From an uncultured Chloroflexia bacterium (GTDB taxonomy: Bacteria; Chloroflexota; Limnocylindria; Limnocylindrales; CSP1-4), in assembly GCA_963715245.1 (NCBI GenBank), contig CAVQRM010000001.1, positions 965,456 to 1,029,455 on the forward strand: 64,000 bases of DNA, read 5' to 3'. The position numbers were made by a program, and so were the translations under genes. Positions 9,529 to 17,756 of this stretch are shown here, piece after piece; positions within the stretch are counted from its first letter, which is position 1; the number at the start of each line of letters is the position of its first letter. The notes under the pieces are model-generated. The model was not told the DNA's origin, searched no databases, and saw nothing but the letters and a program-made list of their open reading frames with translations.

Positions 9529-9943
9529 ATGGACGAATCGATCAACCTGGTCCTGTTCTCCGGGACCGACGACAAGCTGCAGGCCGCCGCGGTCCTTGCC
9601 GCCGGCGCCGCGGCGCTCGGCAAGCCCGTGAACGTCTTCCTCCAGTACTGGGCGCTCGACGCGTTCACCAAGGCGAAGATCGAGCGCGACCACGGCCTCG
9701 CCCATGAGGCTGGCGACGAAGGCCGCGCCGCGGTCGACGCACTCACGAAGGCCGGCCAGGCGCCCTGGGCCGAGACCCTCCGCCAGGCCAAGGAGCTGGG
9801 CGAGGTCGACATCCAGGCCTGCTCGCTGTCCATGGACCTCCTCGACGATCGAGGAATCCGACCTCGATCCGCTCGTCGACGGGGTGGAGGGCGTCACCGC
9901 CTTCTACCTCAATGCCGGCGAAGGGCAGATCGTCTTCATCTAG
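9529..9943 (+). pseudogene. DsrE/DsrF-like sulfur-relay family protein with one frame break near 9845.
   Basis: AGGAGG precedes the ATG. MDESINLVLFSGTDDKLQAAAVLAAGAAALGKPVNVFLQYWALDAF..VDIQACSLSMDLLD (frame 1) continues as IEESDLDPLVDGVEGVTAFYLNAGEGQIVFI-stop in frame 2. One extra base (GAC-g-ATC) explains the break. Confidence 0.65.
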
Positions 9944-9986
9944 GCACACAGGCGGCCCGTCACGGCCGCGGGAAGGAGCACCTCTC

Positions 9987-10223
9987 ATGAGCATGGCCAT
10001 CGTGGACGTCACGGTCGACGCACGCGGGCTGAACTGCCCGATGCCGATCGTCAAGACGGCCCAGGCCGTCAAGGCCCTGGCATCCGGCCAGACGGTCGAG
10101 GTCCTCGCCACGGACCCCGGTTCGGTCAAGGACTTTGCCGCCTGGTCGAAGAGCACCGGCAACGAGCTCGTCGAGCAGACCGTCGACGGCGGTGTCTACC
10201 GCTTCGTCATGCGGAAGAAGTAG
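9987..10223 (+). CDS. tusA: TusA/SirA-like sulfurtransferase.
   Basis: GGAAGGAG lies upstream. VDARGLNCPMPIVKTAQAVKAL contains the conserved CPxP active-site motif. 78 aa. Confidence 0.8.
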   Translation: MSMAIVDVTVDARGLNCPMPIVKTAQAVKALASGQTVEVLATDPGSVKDFAAWSKSTGNELVEQTVDGGVYRFVMRKK

Positions 10224-10232
10224 GAACCCCTG

Positions 10233-10772
10233 ATGACTGTCGCCGAAGCACCCGTCACGACCCCGCTTCCCGTCACCGAGCCCGAAGAGCAGGCCCCCAC
10301 CGGCGGTCTCGCGATCATCCTCTACAGCGGTGACCTCGAGAAGACGTGGGCGGCCATGATCCTGGCCTCCACGGCCGGCGCCATGGGCACCCCCACCAAG
10401 GTGTTCGTCACGTTCTGGGGCCTCCAGACCTTCGTGAAGAAGGACCGCCGGATCACCGGCGAGAACTGGATGCAGAAGATGATGAGCGCGATGCAGCGCC
10501 CCGGCATCGCCCACCGCAAGCTGAGCAAGATGAACTTCCTGGGCATGGGCCCCTGGATGATGCGCAAGCTCGCCAAGCAGTACAACGTCGCGAGCCCGGC
10601 CGAGCTCATGGAGATGGCCCAGCTCATGGGCGTCGAGTTCGTCCCGTGCCAGATGACGATGGACATGTTCGGCATCAAGTACGAGGACCTCATGGACGGG
10701 ATGGGCGAGCCCGTCGGCGCGGCCACCTACCTCGGCTACGTCGACGACGGTGCCAAGCCGCTGTTCATCTGA
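10233..10772 (+). CDS. DsrE/DsrF-like family protein (long form, intact).
   Basis: LAIILYSGDLEKTWAAMILASTAGAMGTPTKVFVTFWGLQTF..VEFVPCQMTMDMFGI..GAATYLGYVDDGAKPLFI is a paralogue of the 9529 gene, with the conserved Cys. Confidence 0.7.
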   Translation: MTVAEAPVTTPLPVTEPEEQAPTGGLAIILYSGDLEKTWAAMILASTAGAMGTPTKVFVTFWGLQTFVKKDRRITGENWMQKMMSAMQRPGIAHRKLSKMNFLGMGPWMMRKLAKQYNVASPAELMEMAQLMGVEFVPCQMTMDMFGIKYEDLMDGMGEPVGAATYLGYVDDGAKPLFI

Positions 10773-10869
10773 TCACCCGACCACGAGCGGGGCGGCCTGG
10801 TCCGCCCCGAACCTCCGCACCGCCCCTTCCACGCGTCCCCGCGCGGGCGGCGAAAGGAACGAACACGAC

Positions 10870-11118
10870 ATGACCGAGATCGCGAACCCCACGCCCACCG
10901 TCACCCTCGATGCCCGCGGCAGCTTCTGCCCCGGCCCCCTGATGGAGCTCATCCGGGGCATGAAGGAGGCCGAGGTCGGCGACGTGCTCGCCGTCCTGAC
11001 GACCGACAAGGGCTCGAAGGTCGACATCCCCAAGTGGGTCGGCAAGGCCGGCCACAACCTGATCGGCGTGTTCACCCGTGACGGCTACGACGAGATCATC
11101 GTCGAGAAGGTCCGGTAG
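10870..11118 (+). CDS. tusA: TusA/SirA-like sulfurtransferase, second copy.
   Basis: LDARGSFCPGPLMELIRGMKEAEVGDVLAVLTTD contains the CPxP motif. 82 aa. Confidence 0.8.
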   Translation: MTEIANPTPTVTLDARGSFCPGPLMELIRGMKEAEVGDVLAVLTTDKGSKVDIPKWVGKAGHNLIGVFTRDGYDEIIVEKVR

Positions 11119-11123
11119 CTCCG

Positions 11124-12323
11124 ATGCAGCAGGTCGTCGTCCTGGGCGGCGGTGTCGGCGGCACCCTCGCCGCCAACCTGATCGCCCGGAAGCTCAAGAA
11201 GCAGATCAAGCGCGGCGACGCGAGAGTCACCGTCGTCGACGCCTCCGGCAACCACACCTACCAGCCGGGGTACATGTACATCGCGATGGGCCAGGAGCGG
11301 GCCGAGAAGCTCGTCCGCCCCGAGAGGTCCCTGCTCGACGGGAACGTCGACCTGGTGGTCGACGGGATCGTCGGCATCGACACGACGGCCCAGAGCGTGA
11401 CCCTCGAGTCCGGTGCGACCCTCGCGTACGACCAGCTCGTCATCGCGACCGGGTCGCGGATCGTGCCCGAGGAGATCGAGCACTTCGACGAGGAGGCCCA
11501 CCACTTCTACACGGCCGAGGCGTCCGCCCGGCTCCGCACGGCCCTCGACCGGTTCAAGGGCGGGAAGATCGTCATCGGCATCGCCGGCATCCCGTACAAG
11601 TGCCCGCCGGCGCCGCTCGAGGTCGCGTTCCTCATCGAGTCCGAGCTGCGCGACCGCAAGCTGCGCGACCGCACCGAGCTCACCTTCCTGTCGCCGATCA
11701 ACCGCGCGTTCACCATCGAGAGCGTCAGCGACATGGCGACCCCGATCTTCGAGGAGAAGGGGATCAGGCTCGAGCTGCTCGCCGGGATCGCGGAGATCGA
11801 CCCGGAGCGCAAGGTCGCGATCACCGATGCCTTCGAGGAGCACCCGTACGACCTGCTGATCGTCGTACCGCCGCACAAGGGTGCGCAGGTGGTCATCGAC
11901 TCCGGTCTCGCGCCGAAGTCCGGCTGGCTGCCCACCGACCGCCACACGCTCCAGGTCAAGACGGTGGCGAAGCCGGCCCCGGGCCAGGCCGACGCCGACA
12001 TCCCCCGCTTCGCCAACGTGTTCGCGCTGGGCGACGCGACGGACCTCCCGCTGTCGAAGGCGGGCTCCACCGCCCACTTCGAGGCGCCGATCGTCGCCGA
12101 GCGGGTCGCCGCCGCCGTCCAGGGGCGCGAGCCCGAGGGCAAGGACGCGAGCTACACCGGCAAGGTCATGTGCTTCTTCGAGGTCGGGGACGGCAAGGGC
12201 ACGCTGCTCCAGTTCGACTACGACCATCCGCCGAAGCCGCCCAAGCCGAACCAGCTCTGGCACCTGGGCAAGATCGTGTTCAACAAGACCTACTGGCACA
12301 CCGTGCCCAAGGGTCGCGTCTAG
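11124..12323 (+). CDS. sqr: Sulfide:quinone oxidoreductase-like FAD-dependent disulfide oxidoreductase.
   Basis: VVVLGGGVGGTLAAN is the FAD fold. HTYQPGYMYIAMG, IPYKCPPAPLEVAF and GKVMCFFEVGDGKG provide the redox Cys pair. It sits directly after the DsrE/TusA genes. Confidence 0.75.
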   Translation: MQQVVVLGGGVGGTLAANLIARKLKKQIKRGDARVTVVDASGNHTYQPGYMYIAMGQERAEKLVRPERSLLDGNVDLVVDGIVGIDTTAQSVTLESGATLAYDQLVIATGSRIVPEEIEHFDEEAHHFYTAEASARLRTALDRFKGGKIVIGIAGIPYKCPPAPLEVAFLIESELRDRKLRDRTELTFLSPINRAFTIESVSDMATPIFEEKGIRLELLAGIAEIDPERKVAITDAFEEHPYDLLIVVPPHKGAQVVIDSGLAPKSGWLPTDRHTLQVKTVAKPAPGQADADIPRFANVFALGDATDLPLSKAGSTAHFEAPIVAERVAAAVQGREPEGKDASYTGKVMCFFEVGDGKGTLLQFDYDHPPKPPKPNQLWHLGKIVFNKTYWHTVPKGRV

Positions 12324-12498
12324 CGGGTCCGCGGGATCGGGCGCATCCCCCGCGTGCCCGGTCCACCCGCTCGGACACAGCCGACGCCCCGTGGCGCCGG
12401 AGCCGGATCCCTTCCCCCGGCCCCGGCTGCCCCGGGGCGTCGAGGCGTCCGCTTCGCGGAGCCGACCTGGCGCCGGCGCCGGCGAGTACGATGCGCCA

Positions 12499-13593
12499 AT
12501 GGAATCCGGCGATCGAGCAACCGATGCCGCCCGCTCGCTGCGGGCTCCCGTCGTGGCGTTCGCGGCGATCGCGATCGTGCTCGCCTACGTGGAGGCGATC
12601 CACGGCTTCCTCGCCCTGATCCTGTTCTCCGCCCTCGCCGCGATCCTCTCGCGCCAGCTCCAGCTGGCCCTCGAGCGCCGCGGCATGGGCACGAGGCTCG
12701 CCGTCACGGTCACGACCGCCGTCTACGTCGTCATCCTCGCGGCGCTGGCAGCCGCGGCGATCGCCTCGGTGGTCGCCGTCGCGGACCTCGTGGCCGGTGA
12801 GTCGGCCAGCTTCCAGGCAGAGCTCAGGGCCCTCGCGGACGCGTTCGCCGTGGCGACGGGTCTCCCGCCGGGCTCGGTCCCGGCCGTGGACACCGGGGCG
12901 ATCCTGTCCGTCCTGCGCCAGGTCCTGGGAACGGTCGCGCCGGCCGTCACGGGCCTCGCGATGTCCGTGCTGATCGTCGTCTACCTGCTGCTCGACGCCG
13001 GCAACCTCCGCGCGCGGATGCTGCGCGCAACCTCCGCGGACGCGATGGCCCGCTACGACGCGATGGCCAATGACCTCTTCACGTACATCAAGGTGCGGGC
13101 GATCCTCGGCGCGGCGGCGGCGGTCGCGGACTCGATCCTGCTGCTCGCCCTCGGCGTGCCGTACGCGATCCTGTGGGGCGTCGTCTCGTTCCTGTTCAGC
13201 TTCATCCCGAACATCGGGTTCATCCTCGCGCTCGTCCCGCCGACCGTGTTCGCGTACTTCGAGCTCGGCCTCGGCCCGGCGATCGCCGTTGTCGTCGGCT
13301 ACGTGGTCATCAACCTCGCGTTCGACTACGTGCTCCAGCCGCGCGTCATGTCGACGAGCCTGGACCTGAGCCCGGTCGTGGTCGTGGTGTCGATCCTCGC
13401 GTGGACCGTGGTCATCGGGCCGGCCGGGGCGCTCCTCGCGGTGCCGCTGACGATCGTGCTGCGCGTCCTGCTCGTGCCGTTCGAAGGCGCCCGCTGGTTC
13501 GTGGCGCTCCTCGGGCCGATCCCCGGCGACGACCCGCCACCGGACGCCGCCGATCTCCCGGCCACGGCGGTCGAGCCTACAATCGCCTCGTGA
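12499..13593 (+). CDS. AI-2E (PerM/UPF0118) family permease.
   Basis: Multi-pass membrane protein. LLALGVPYAILWGVVSFLFSFIPNIGFILALVPP and VLQPRVMSTSLDLSPVVVVVSILAWTVVIGPAGALLAVPLT are family hallmarks. Confidence 0.75.
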   Translation: MESGDRATDAARSLRAPVVAFAAIAIVLAYVEAIHGFLALILFSALAAILSRQLQLALERRGMGTRLAVTVTTAVYVVILAALAAAAIASVVAVADLVAGESASFQAELRALADAFAVATGLPPGSVPAVDTGAILSVLRQVLGTVAPAVTGLAMSVLIVVYLLLDAGNLRARMLRATSADAMARYDAMANDLFTYIKVRAILGAAAAVADSILLLALGVPYAILWGVVSFLFSFIPNIGFILALVPPTVFAYFELGLGPAIAVVVGYVVINLAFDYVLQPRVMSTSLDLSPVVVVVSILAWTVVIGPAGALLAVPLTIVLRVLLVPFEGARWFVALLGPIPGDDPPPDAADLPATAVEPTIAS

Positions 13594-13618
13594 CCGAGCC
13601 TTCCCTCCCGTTCGCCGC

Positions 13619-14965
13619 ATGACCGCGCGCGTCTTCCGCCGCTCCTGGAACCCCACCCCGCCGGCCGCGGTGGAGGCGCACGGGTCCACGATCATCGACG
13701 CCGATGGGCGCGAGTACCTCGACGCCGCGGGCGGTGCCGTCGTCGTCAACGTGGGGCACGGCCGGCGCGAGATCGCGGACGCCGTCGCGGAGCAGACGGC
13801 GCGTATGGCGTACGCCCACGGCTCGGCGTTCACGAACGAGCCGCTCGAGCGCTACGCGGTCGAGCTCGGGCCGCATCTGCCCGTCACGGACCCGGCGATC
13901 TACCCGGTGTCGGGCGGGTCCGAGGCGCTCGAGACCGCGCTCAAGCTCGCCCGTGCGACGCAGATCGCCCGCGGCGAGGGCGACCGCCTGATCGTCTTCG
14001 CGCGGTGGGGGAGCTACCACGGGAACACCCTGGGCGCCCTCGACCTGTCCGGGCGCAAGCCGCTCCGCCGGCCGTACGAGGGCTGGCTGGGGCGGTTCCG
14101 CCACGTGAGCGCGGCCTATCCGTACCGTGGCGAGGACCCCGGGTCGCAGGCCCTGGGGACGACGCAGGCGCTGGTGGACGAGCTCGACCGCGCGTTCTCG
14201 GCCGCGGAGCCCGGGACCGTGTGCGCGTTTGTGGCGGAGCCGATCGTCGGCGCGACGCTCGGTGCCGTGGAGCCGCCGGCCGGGTACTGGCCCGCCATCG
14301 CCGACGTGTGCCGCCGTCACGGCGTCCTGCTCATCGCGGACGAGGTCATGACCGGGTTTGGGCGGACGGGAGCCTGGTTCGCGATGGACCACTACGGGGT
14401 TCGCCCGGACATCCTCGTGTCCGCGAAGGGTGCGACGTCGGGGTACTGGCCGTTCGGGTTCGTCGCGGCATCGGGCGACGTGTACGACGCGGTCACGTCC
14501 GCGGGCGCCTTCGTCCACGGGTTCACGTACTCGCACCAGCCGGGCGCAGCGGTGGTCGCTCGCGAGGTGCTCCGGATCCTCGAGGCCGAGTCGCTCGTCG
14601 AGGCGTCGGCCACGAAGGGGGAGCGGCTCAAGACGCTGCTCGCGGACCGGCTCGGGGAGCACCCCGCCGTCGGGGACATCCGGGGTCGGGGCCTGATGGT
14701 GGGCGTGGAGCTGGTCCGGGACCGTGAGACGCGCGTGGCGTGGCCGCGGTCCGCGAAGCTCACCGAGGCCGTCGTGCGCATCGCCCACGAGCACGGGCTG
14801 CTCCTGTACTCGGGGACCGGCAACGCGAACGGCGTCGACGGGGACGTGATCCTGCTCGGGCCGCCGTTCGTGATCACCGACGACGAGCTCCTCCGGATTG
14901 CGGATGGCCTCGCCGACGCCCTGGACCGCGCGCTCGCCGGTATCGAGGCGGCCGCGGGCGCCTGA
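13619..14965 (+). CDS. Class III (omega) PLP-dependent aminotransferase.
   Basis: VVVNVGHGRREI, GSEALETALKLAR, AFVAEPIVGA, LLIADEVMTGFGRTGAWFA and ILVSAKGATSGYWP (PLP lysine). Confidence 0.85.
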   Translation: MTARVFRRSWNPTPPAAVEAHGSTIIDADGREYLDAAGGAVVVNVGHGRREIADAVAEQTARMAYAHGSAFTNEPLERYAVELGPHLPVTDPAIYPVSGGSEALETALKLARATQIARGEGDRLIVFARWGSYHGNTLGALDLSGRKPLRRPYEGWLGRFRHVSAAYPYRGEDPGSQALGTTQALVDELDRAFSAAEPGTVCAFVAEPIVGATLGAVEPPAGYWPAIADVCRRHGVLLIADEVMTGFGRTGAWFAMDHYGVRPDILVSAKGATSGYWPFGFVAASGDVYDAVTSAGAFVHGFTYSHQPGAAVVAREVLRILEAESLVEASATKGERLKTLLADRLGEHPAVGDIRGRGLMVGVELVRDRETRVAWPRSAKLTEAVVRIAHEHGLLLYSGTGNANGVDGDVILLGPPFVITDDELLRIADGLADALDRALAGIEAAAGA

Positions 14966-15000
14966 CCGGGCACCCAGCCGCGCACCGGGCCCGGCGCCCG

Positions 15001-15426
15001 TCAGGGGCGCAGGTCTTCCTCACGCCAGACCGCCGCGCCATCGGGCGCCAGGCAGACGACGAGGCCGGCGAACGAGGCGGGCGGGTTCGCGAGGTCGTCG
15101 GCCTCGTGCCCGACCTTCTTCGAGTCCTCGTCCAGGACGAGCAGCTCCGGCCAGAACACGGACTTGAAGCCGGGCGGCCAGGTCACCTCCAGCCGCTCCC
15201 CGCCGGGCCCGACGGCCCACACGTGCGGGTCGAGGTCGGGATCGCCGGCCAGGCGCCAGGCGCCGTCGAGCTCCGGACCGGCACACGCCGTCACGCCCGG
15301 TGGCGGCGTCGCCTCGGGCAGCGGGAGGTACTCGGAGCAGCCGGCGAGCGCAAGGCCGGCGGCGGCGGCGAGGACGGGCAGGGCGGACGGGCGCCGGCGA
15401 TCGGGCGCCGAGGGTCGCGACGACAC
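15001..15426 (-). CDS. Small lipoprotein of unknown function.
   Basis: The GTG start is 6 nt after the stop of the upstream membrane-protein gene. Lipobox LAAAAGLALAGC. 141 aa. Confidence 0.55.
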   Translation of the reverse strand: MSSRPSAPDRRRPSALPVLAAAAGLALAGCSEYLPLPEATPPPGVTACAGPELDGAWRLAGDPDLDPHVWAVGPGGERLEVTWPPGFKSVFWPELLVLDEDSKKVGHEADDLANPPASFAGLVVCLAPDGAAVWREEDLRP

Positions 15427-15431
15427 CGGCG

Positions 15432-15992
15432 TCAGGAGCGGGCGCTCGCCGCGCGCAGCAGCAGGAGCCCACCGAGGACGACGAGGACGATCGGCCAGAT
15501 CAGGTCGTCCAGCCACGGGATGGCGACGCTCGAGGCGCCAATGGCGGCGAGGATCGCGCCCAGCCCCGCCTGCCAGCCCCAGCCGGCGCCGGACGCGGCG
15601 CGGACCGCGGCGATGAACAGGAACGCGAGGCCCAGGCAGAAGGTGCCGACGCCCGGGCCTTCGACGACGTCCGCCGCGGCCAGCAGCTCCGGCGCGGCGA
15701 GCGCGGTGATGATGGCGCCCAGGTACAGCGACCCCATGCCCCGGTTGACGAGCCACGAGACGAGGAACGCGATGCCCGCGGCGAGGAACAGCAACGAGCC
15801 CGCCGTCTCGAGCGCCGGGAACAGCTCCCGCAGGAGCAGCAGCCCGCCGAACACGACGAGGAAGATGCCGAACCACGGGAGCCGGCTGCGTCCCTTCGGA
15901 CCGCCGATCTCGCTCCACTCCCAGCCGTAGGCGCGGACGTTCCCGTCCTCGATCACGTCGCCCGAGACCGCCTGGTCCCGCCGGTCTTCCAT
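15432..15992 (-). CDS. Integral membrane protein of unknown function.
   Basis: AGGAGG lies 5 nt before the ATG. There are four or five hydrophobic segments (WFGIFLVVFGGLLLL, LLFLAAGIAFLVSWL and others). Confidence 0.6.
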   Translation of the reverse strand: MEDRRDQAVSGDVIEDGNVRAYGWEWSEIGGPKGRSRLPWFGIFLVVFGGLLLLRELFPALETAGSLLFLAAGIAFLVSWLVNRGMGSLYLGAIITALAAPELLAAADVVEGPGVGTFCLGLAFLFIAAVRAASGAGWGWQAGLGAILAAIGASSVAIPWLDDLIWPIVLVVLGGLLLLRAASARS

Positions 15993-16052
15993 CGTGTCCT
16001 CCTGCGCACGCGTGGCAGCCAGCGTACCGCGACTCGGGTCTACGATTGCCGC

Positions 16053-16991
16053 ATGGCGCACGTCATGACCGTCCTCGGCCCCGTCGATCCCTCGGAGCTC
16101 GGGTTCACGCTGCCGCACGAGCACACCCAGATCCACCTGTGGCACATCGCGAACCGCTGGGACTACTGGGAGCTCACCCGGGACGAGCCCGTGATCCTCG
16201 AGGAGCTGCGGCTGTTCCGGGAGGCCGGCGGGACGGCGCTCGCGGACCTCACGCTGCCCGGCACGGGCCGGGATCCGGGATGGCTTCGCGGTCTCTCGGA
16301 ACGCAGCGGGCTCCACCTCGTCATGGGTGGCGGCTGGTACCGGACCGCGTACTACCCGCCCGAGACGCTGATCGAGCGGCGGTCCGTCGAGTCGCTGGCC
16401 GAGGAGCTCGTGACGGAGGCGACCGCCGGGGTGGGGGACACGGGCGTGCGGACCGGGATCCTGGGCGAGATCGGCACCGACAAGCCGTGGATCACGCCCG
16501 CCGAGGAACGGGTGTTCCGCGCGGTCGCCCGGGCGTCACGGCGGACCGGCCTCGCGATCAGCACCCACGCCGTGCTGTCGGACGTCGGCGCTGCCCAGCT
16601 GACGATCCTGGAGGAGGAGGGGGCGGACCCGGGACGGGTCGTGATCGGGCACGCCGACAGCTACCCGGTCCTCGACCACTACCTGTCGCTCATCGGCCGT
16701 GGCGCGAGCATCGAGTTCGACTTCCTGGGCATGTCCTTCACGCCCACCGAGAAGCACGGCGAGGGTCGGGTGATCGACCTGCTCCTCGAGCTCCTGCATC
16801 GCGGCCACGCAGACCGGATCCTGCTCAGCCAGGACGTGTGCCACAACAGCCAGCTGCGGCACTACGAGGGCAACGGGTACACGTACCTGCAGACGACGTT
16901 CCTGCCCCGCCTCCGCGAGCGCGGCGTGTCGGCTGCGGAGATCGACCAGCTCACGATCGAGAACCCGCGCCGGATCCTGACGATCGGGTAG
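16053..16991 (+). CDS. Phosphotriesterase-related (PHP/PTER) amidohydrolase-fold protein.
   Basis: GFTLPHEHTQIHL supplies the HxH metal ligands. GILGEIGTD, ISTHA, VVIGHAD and LLSQDVC follow. Confidence 0.8.
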   Translation: MAHVMTVLGPVDPSELGFTLPHEHTQIHLWHIANRWDYWELTRDEPVILEELRLFREAGGTALADLTLPGTGRDPGWLRGLSERSGLHLVMGGGWYRTAYYPPETLIERRSVESLAEELVTEATAGVGDTGVRTGILGEIGTDKPWITPAEERVFRAVARASRRTGLAISTHAVLSDVGAAQLTILEEEGADPGRVVIGHADSYPVLDHYLSLIGRGASIEFDFLGMSFTPTEKHGEGRVIDLLLELLHRGHADRILLSQDVCHNSQLRHYEGNGYTYLQTTFLPRLRERGVSAAEIDQLTIENPRRILTIG

Positions 16992-17029
16992 GCGGCAGGC
17001 GCCGGGACGGTGCCCGTCCGTCAGCGCTG

Positions 17030-17473
17030 CTACTCGACGAGCGCGGCGTCCACGGACAGCTCGACGTTGCCCTTGAGCGCCTGCGAGACGGGGCAGCCAT
17101 CCTTGGCCACGGCAGCGAGCTCCGCGAACCGCGCCGCGTCGATGCCGGGGACGATGCCGCGGACCGTCAGCTCGCTCCTCGCGATCTTCCAGCCGGCGTC
17201 CCCCTTGGCGAAGGTGACCACCGCCTTCACGTCCAGCTTCGTCGCGGGCGTCGAGTTCTTCGCGAGCTGCGAGGAGAACGACATCGAGAAGCAGGAGGCG
17301 TGCGCCGCGGCGATCAGCTCTTCGGGCGACGTCCGCCCGTTGTGCTCCTCGGTTCGCGAGGCCCAGGTCACGGGCAGGCGCGAGATCGAGCCGGACGACA
17401 CGTAGTTGATCGTGCCGCTGCCGGACAGCAGGTCGCCGTTCCAGACGGTCTCGGCGTAGCGGGTGATCTCCAT
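17030..17473 (-). CDS. osmC: OsmC-family peroxiredoxin.
   Basis: ETVWNGDLLSGSGTI..TSPEELIAAAHASCFSM..AKDGCPVSQAL carries the two catalytic Cys of OsmC. Confidence 0.85.
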   Translation of the reverse strand: MEITRYAETVWNGDLLSGSGTINYVSSGSISRLPVTWASRTEEHNGRTSPEELIAAAHASCFSMSFSSQLAKNSTPATKLDVKAVVTFAKGDAGWKIARSELTVRGIVPGIDAARFAELAAVAKDGCPVSQALKGNVELSVDAALVE

Positions 17474-17620
17474 GGGACACCTCCAGGACGGGCGTGGGAC
17501 GGGTGGGTGATCGGGCTCCTACGATGCCATGGGTCGGCCGCTTCCGCCGCTGGCCAGCCGGGACGGCGCCGGCGGGCGAGTGCGGAGTCCTCCCCGAGCC
17601 TGCCCACCCGGGCATGCCCA

Positions 17621-17673
17621 GGCGAGCCCACCCGCCCAGGCGAGCCCACCCGCCCGGCGAGCCCACCCGCCCC
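17621..17673. repeat. Three tandem 17-18-nt units of GGCGAGCCCACCCGCCC. The minus strand reads GGGCGGGTGGGCTCGCC.
   Basis: Seen directly. The minus strand carries nine GGG tracts. The array lies between the RND stop (17757) and the osmC start (17473), both on the minus strand. Confidence 0.85.
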
Positions 17674-17756
17674 TGGGTGAAACCAGGACCTCCCGTGCAC
17701 GGCCGCGACACGAGATCGGACGTTGGCGACACGGCCCCGCAGGCCACGCGCCGGGT

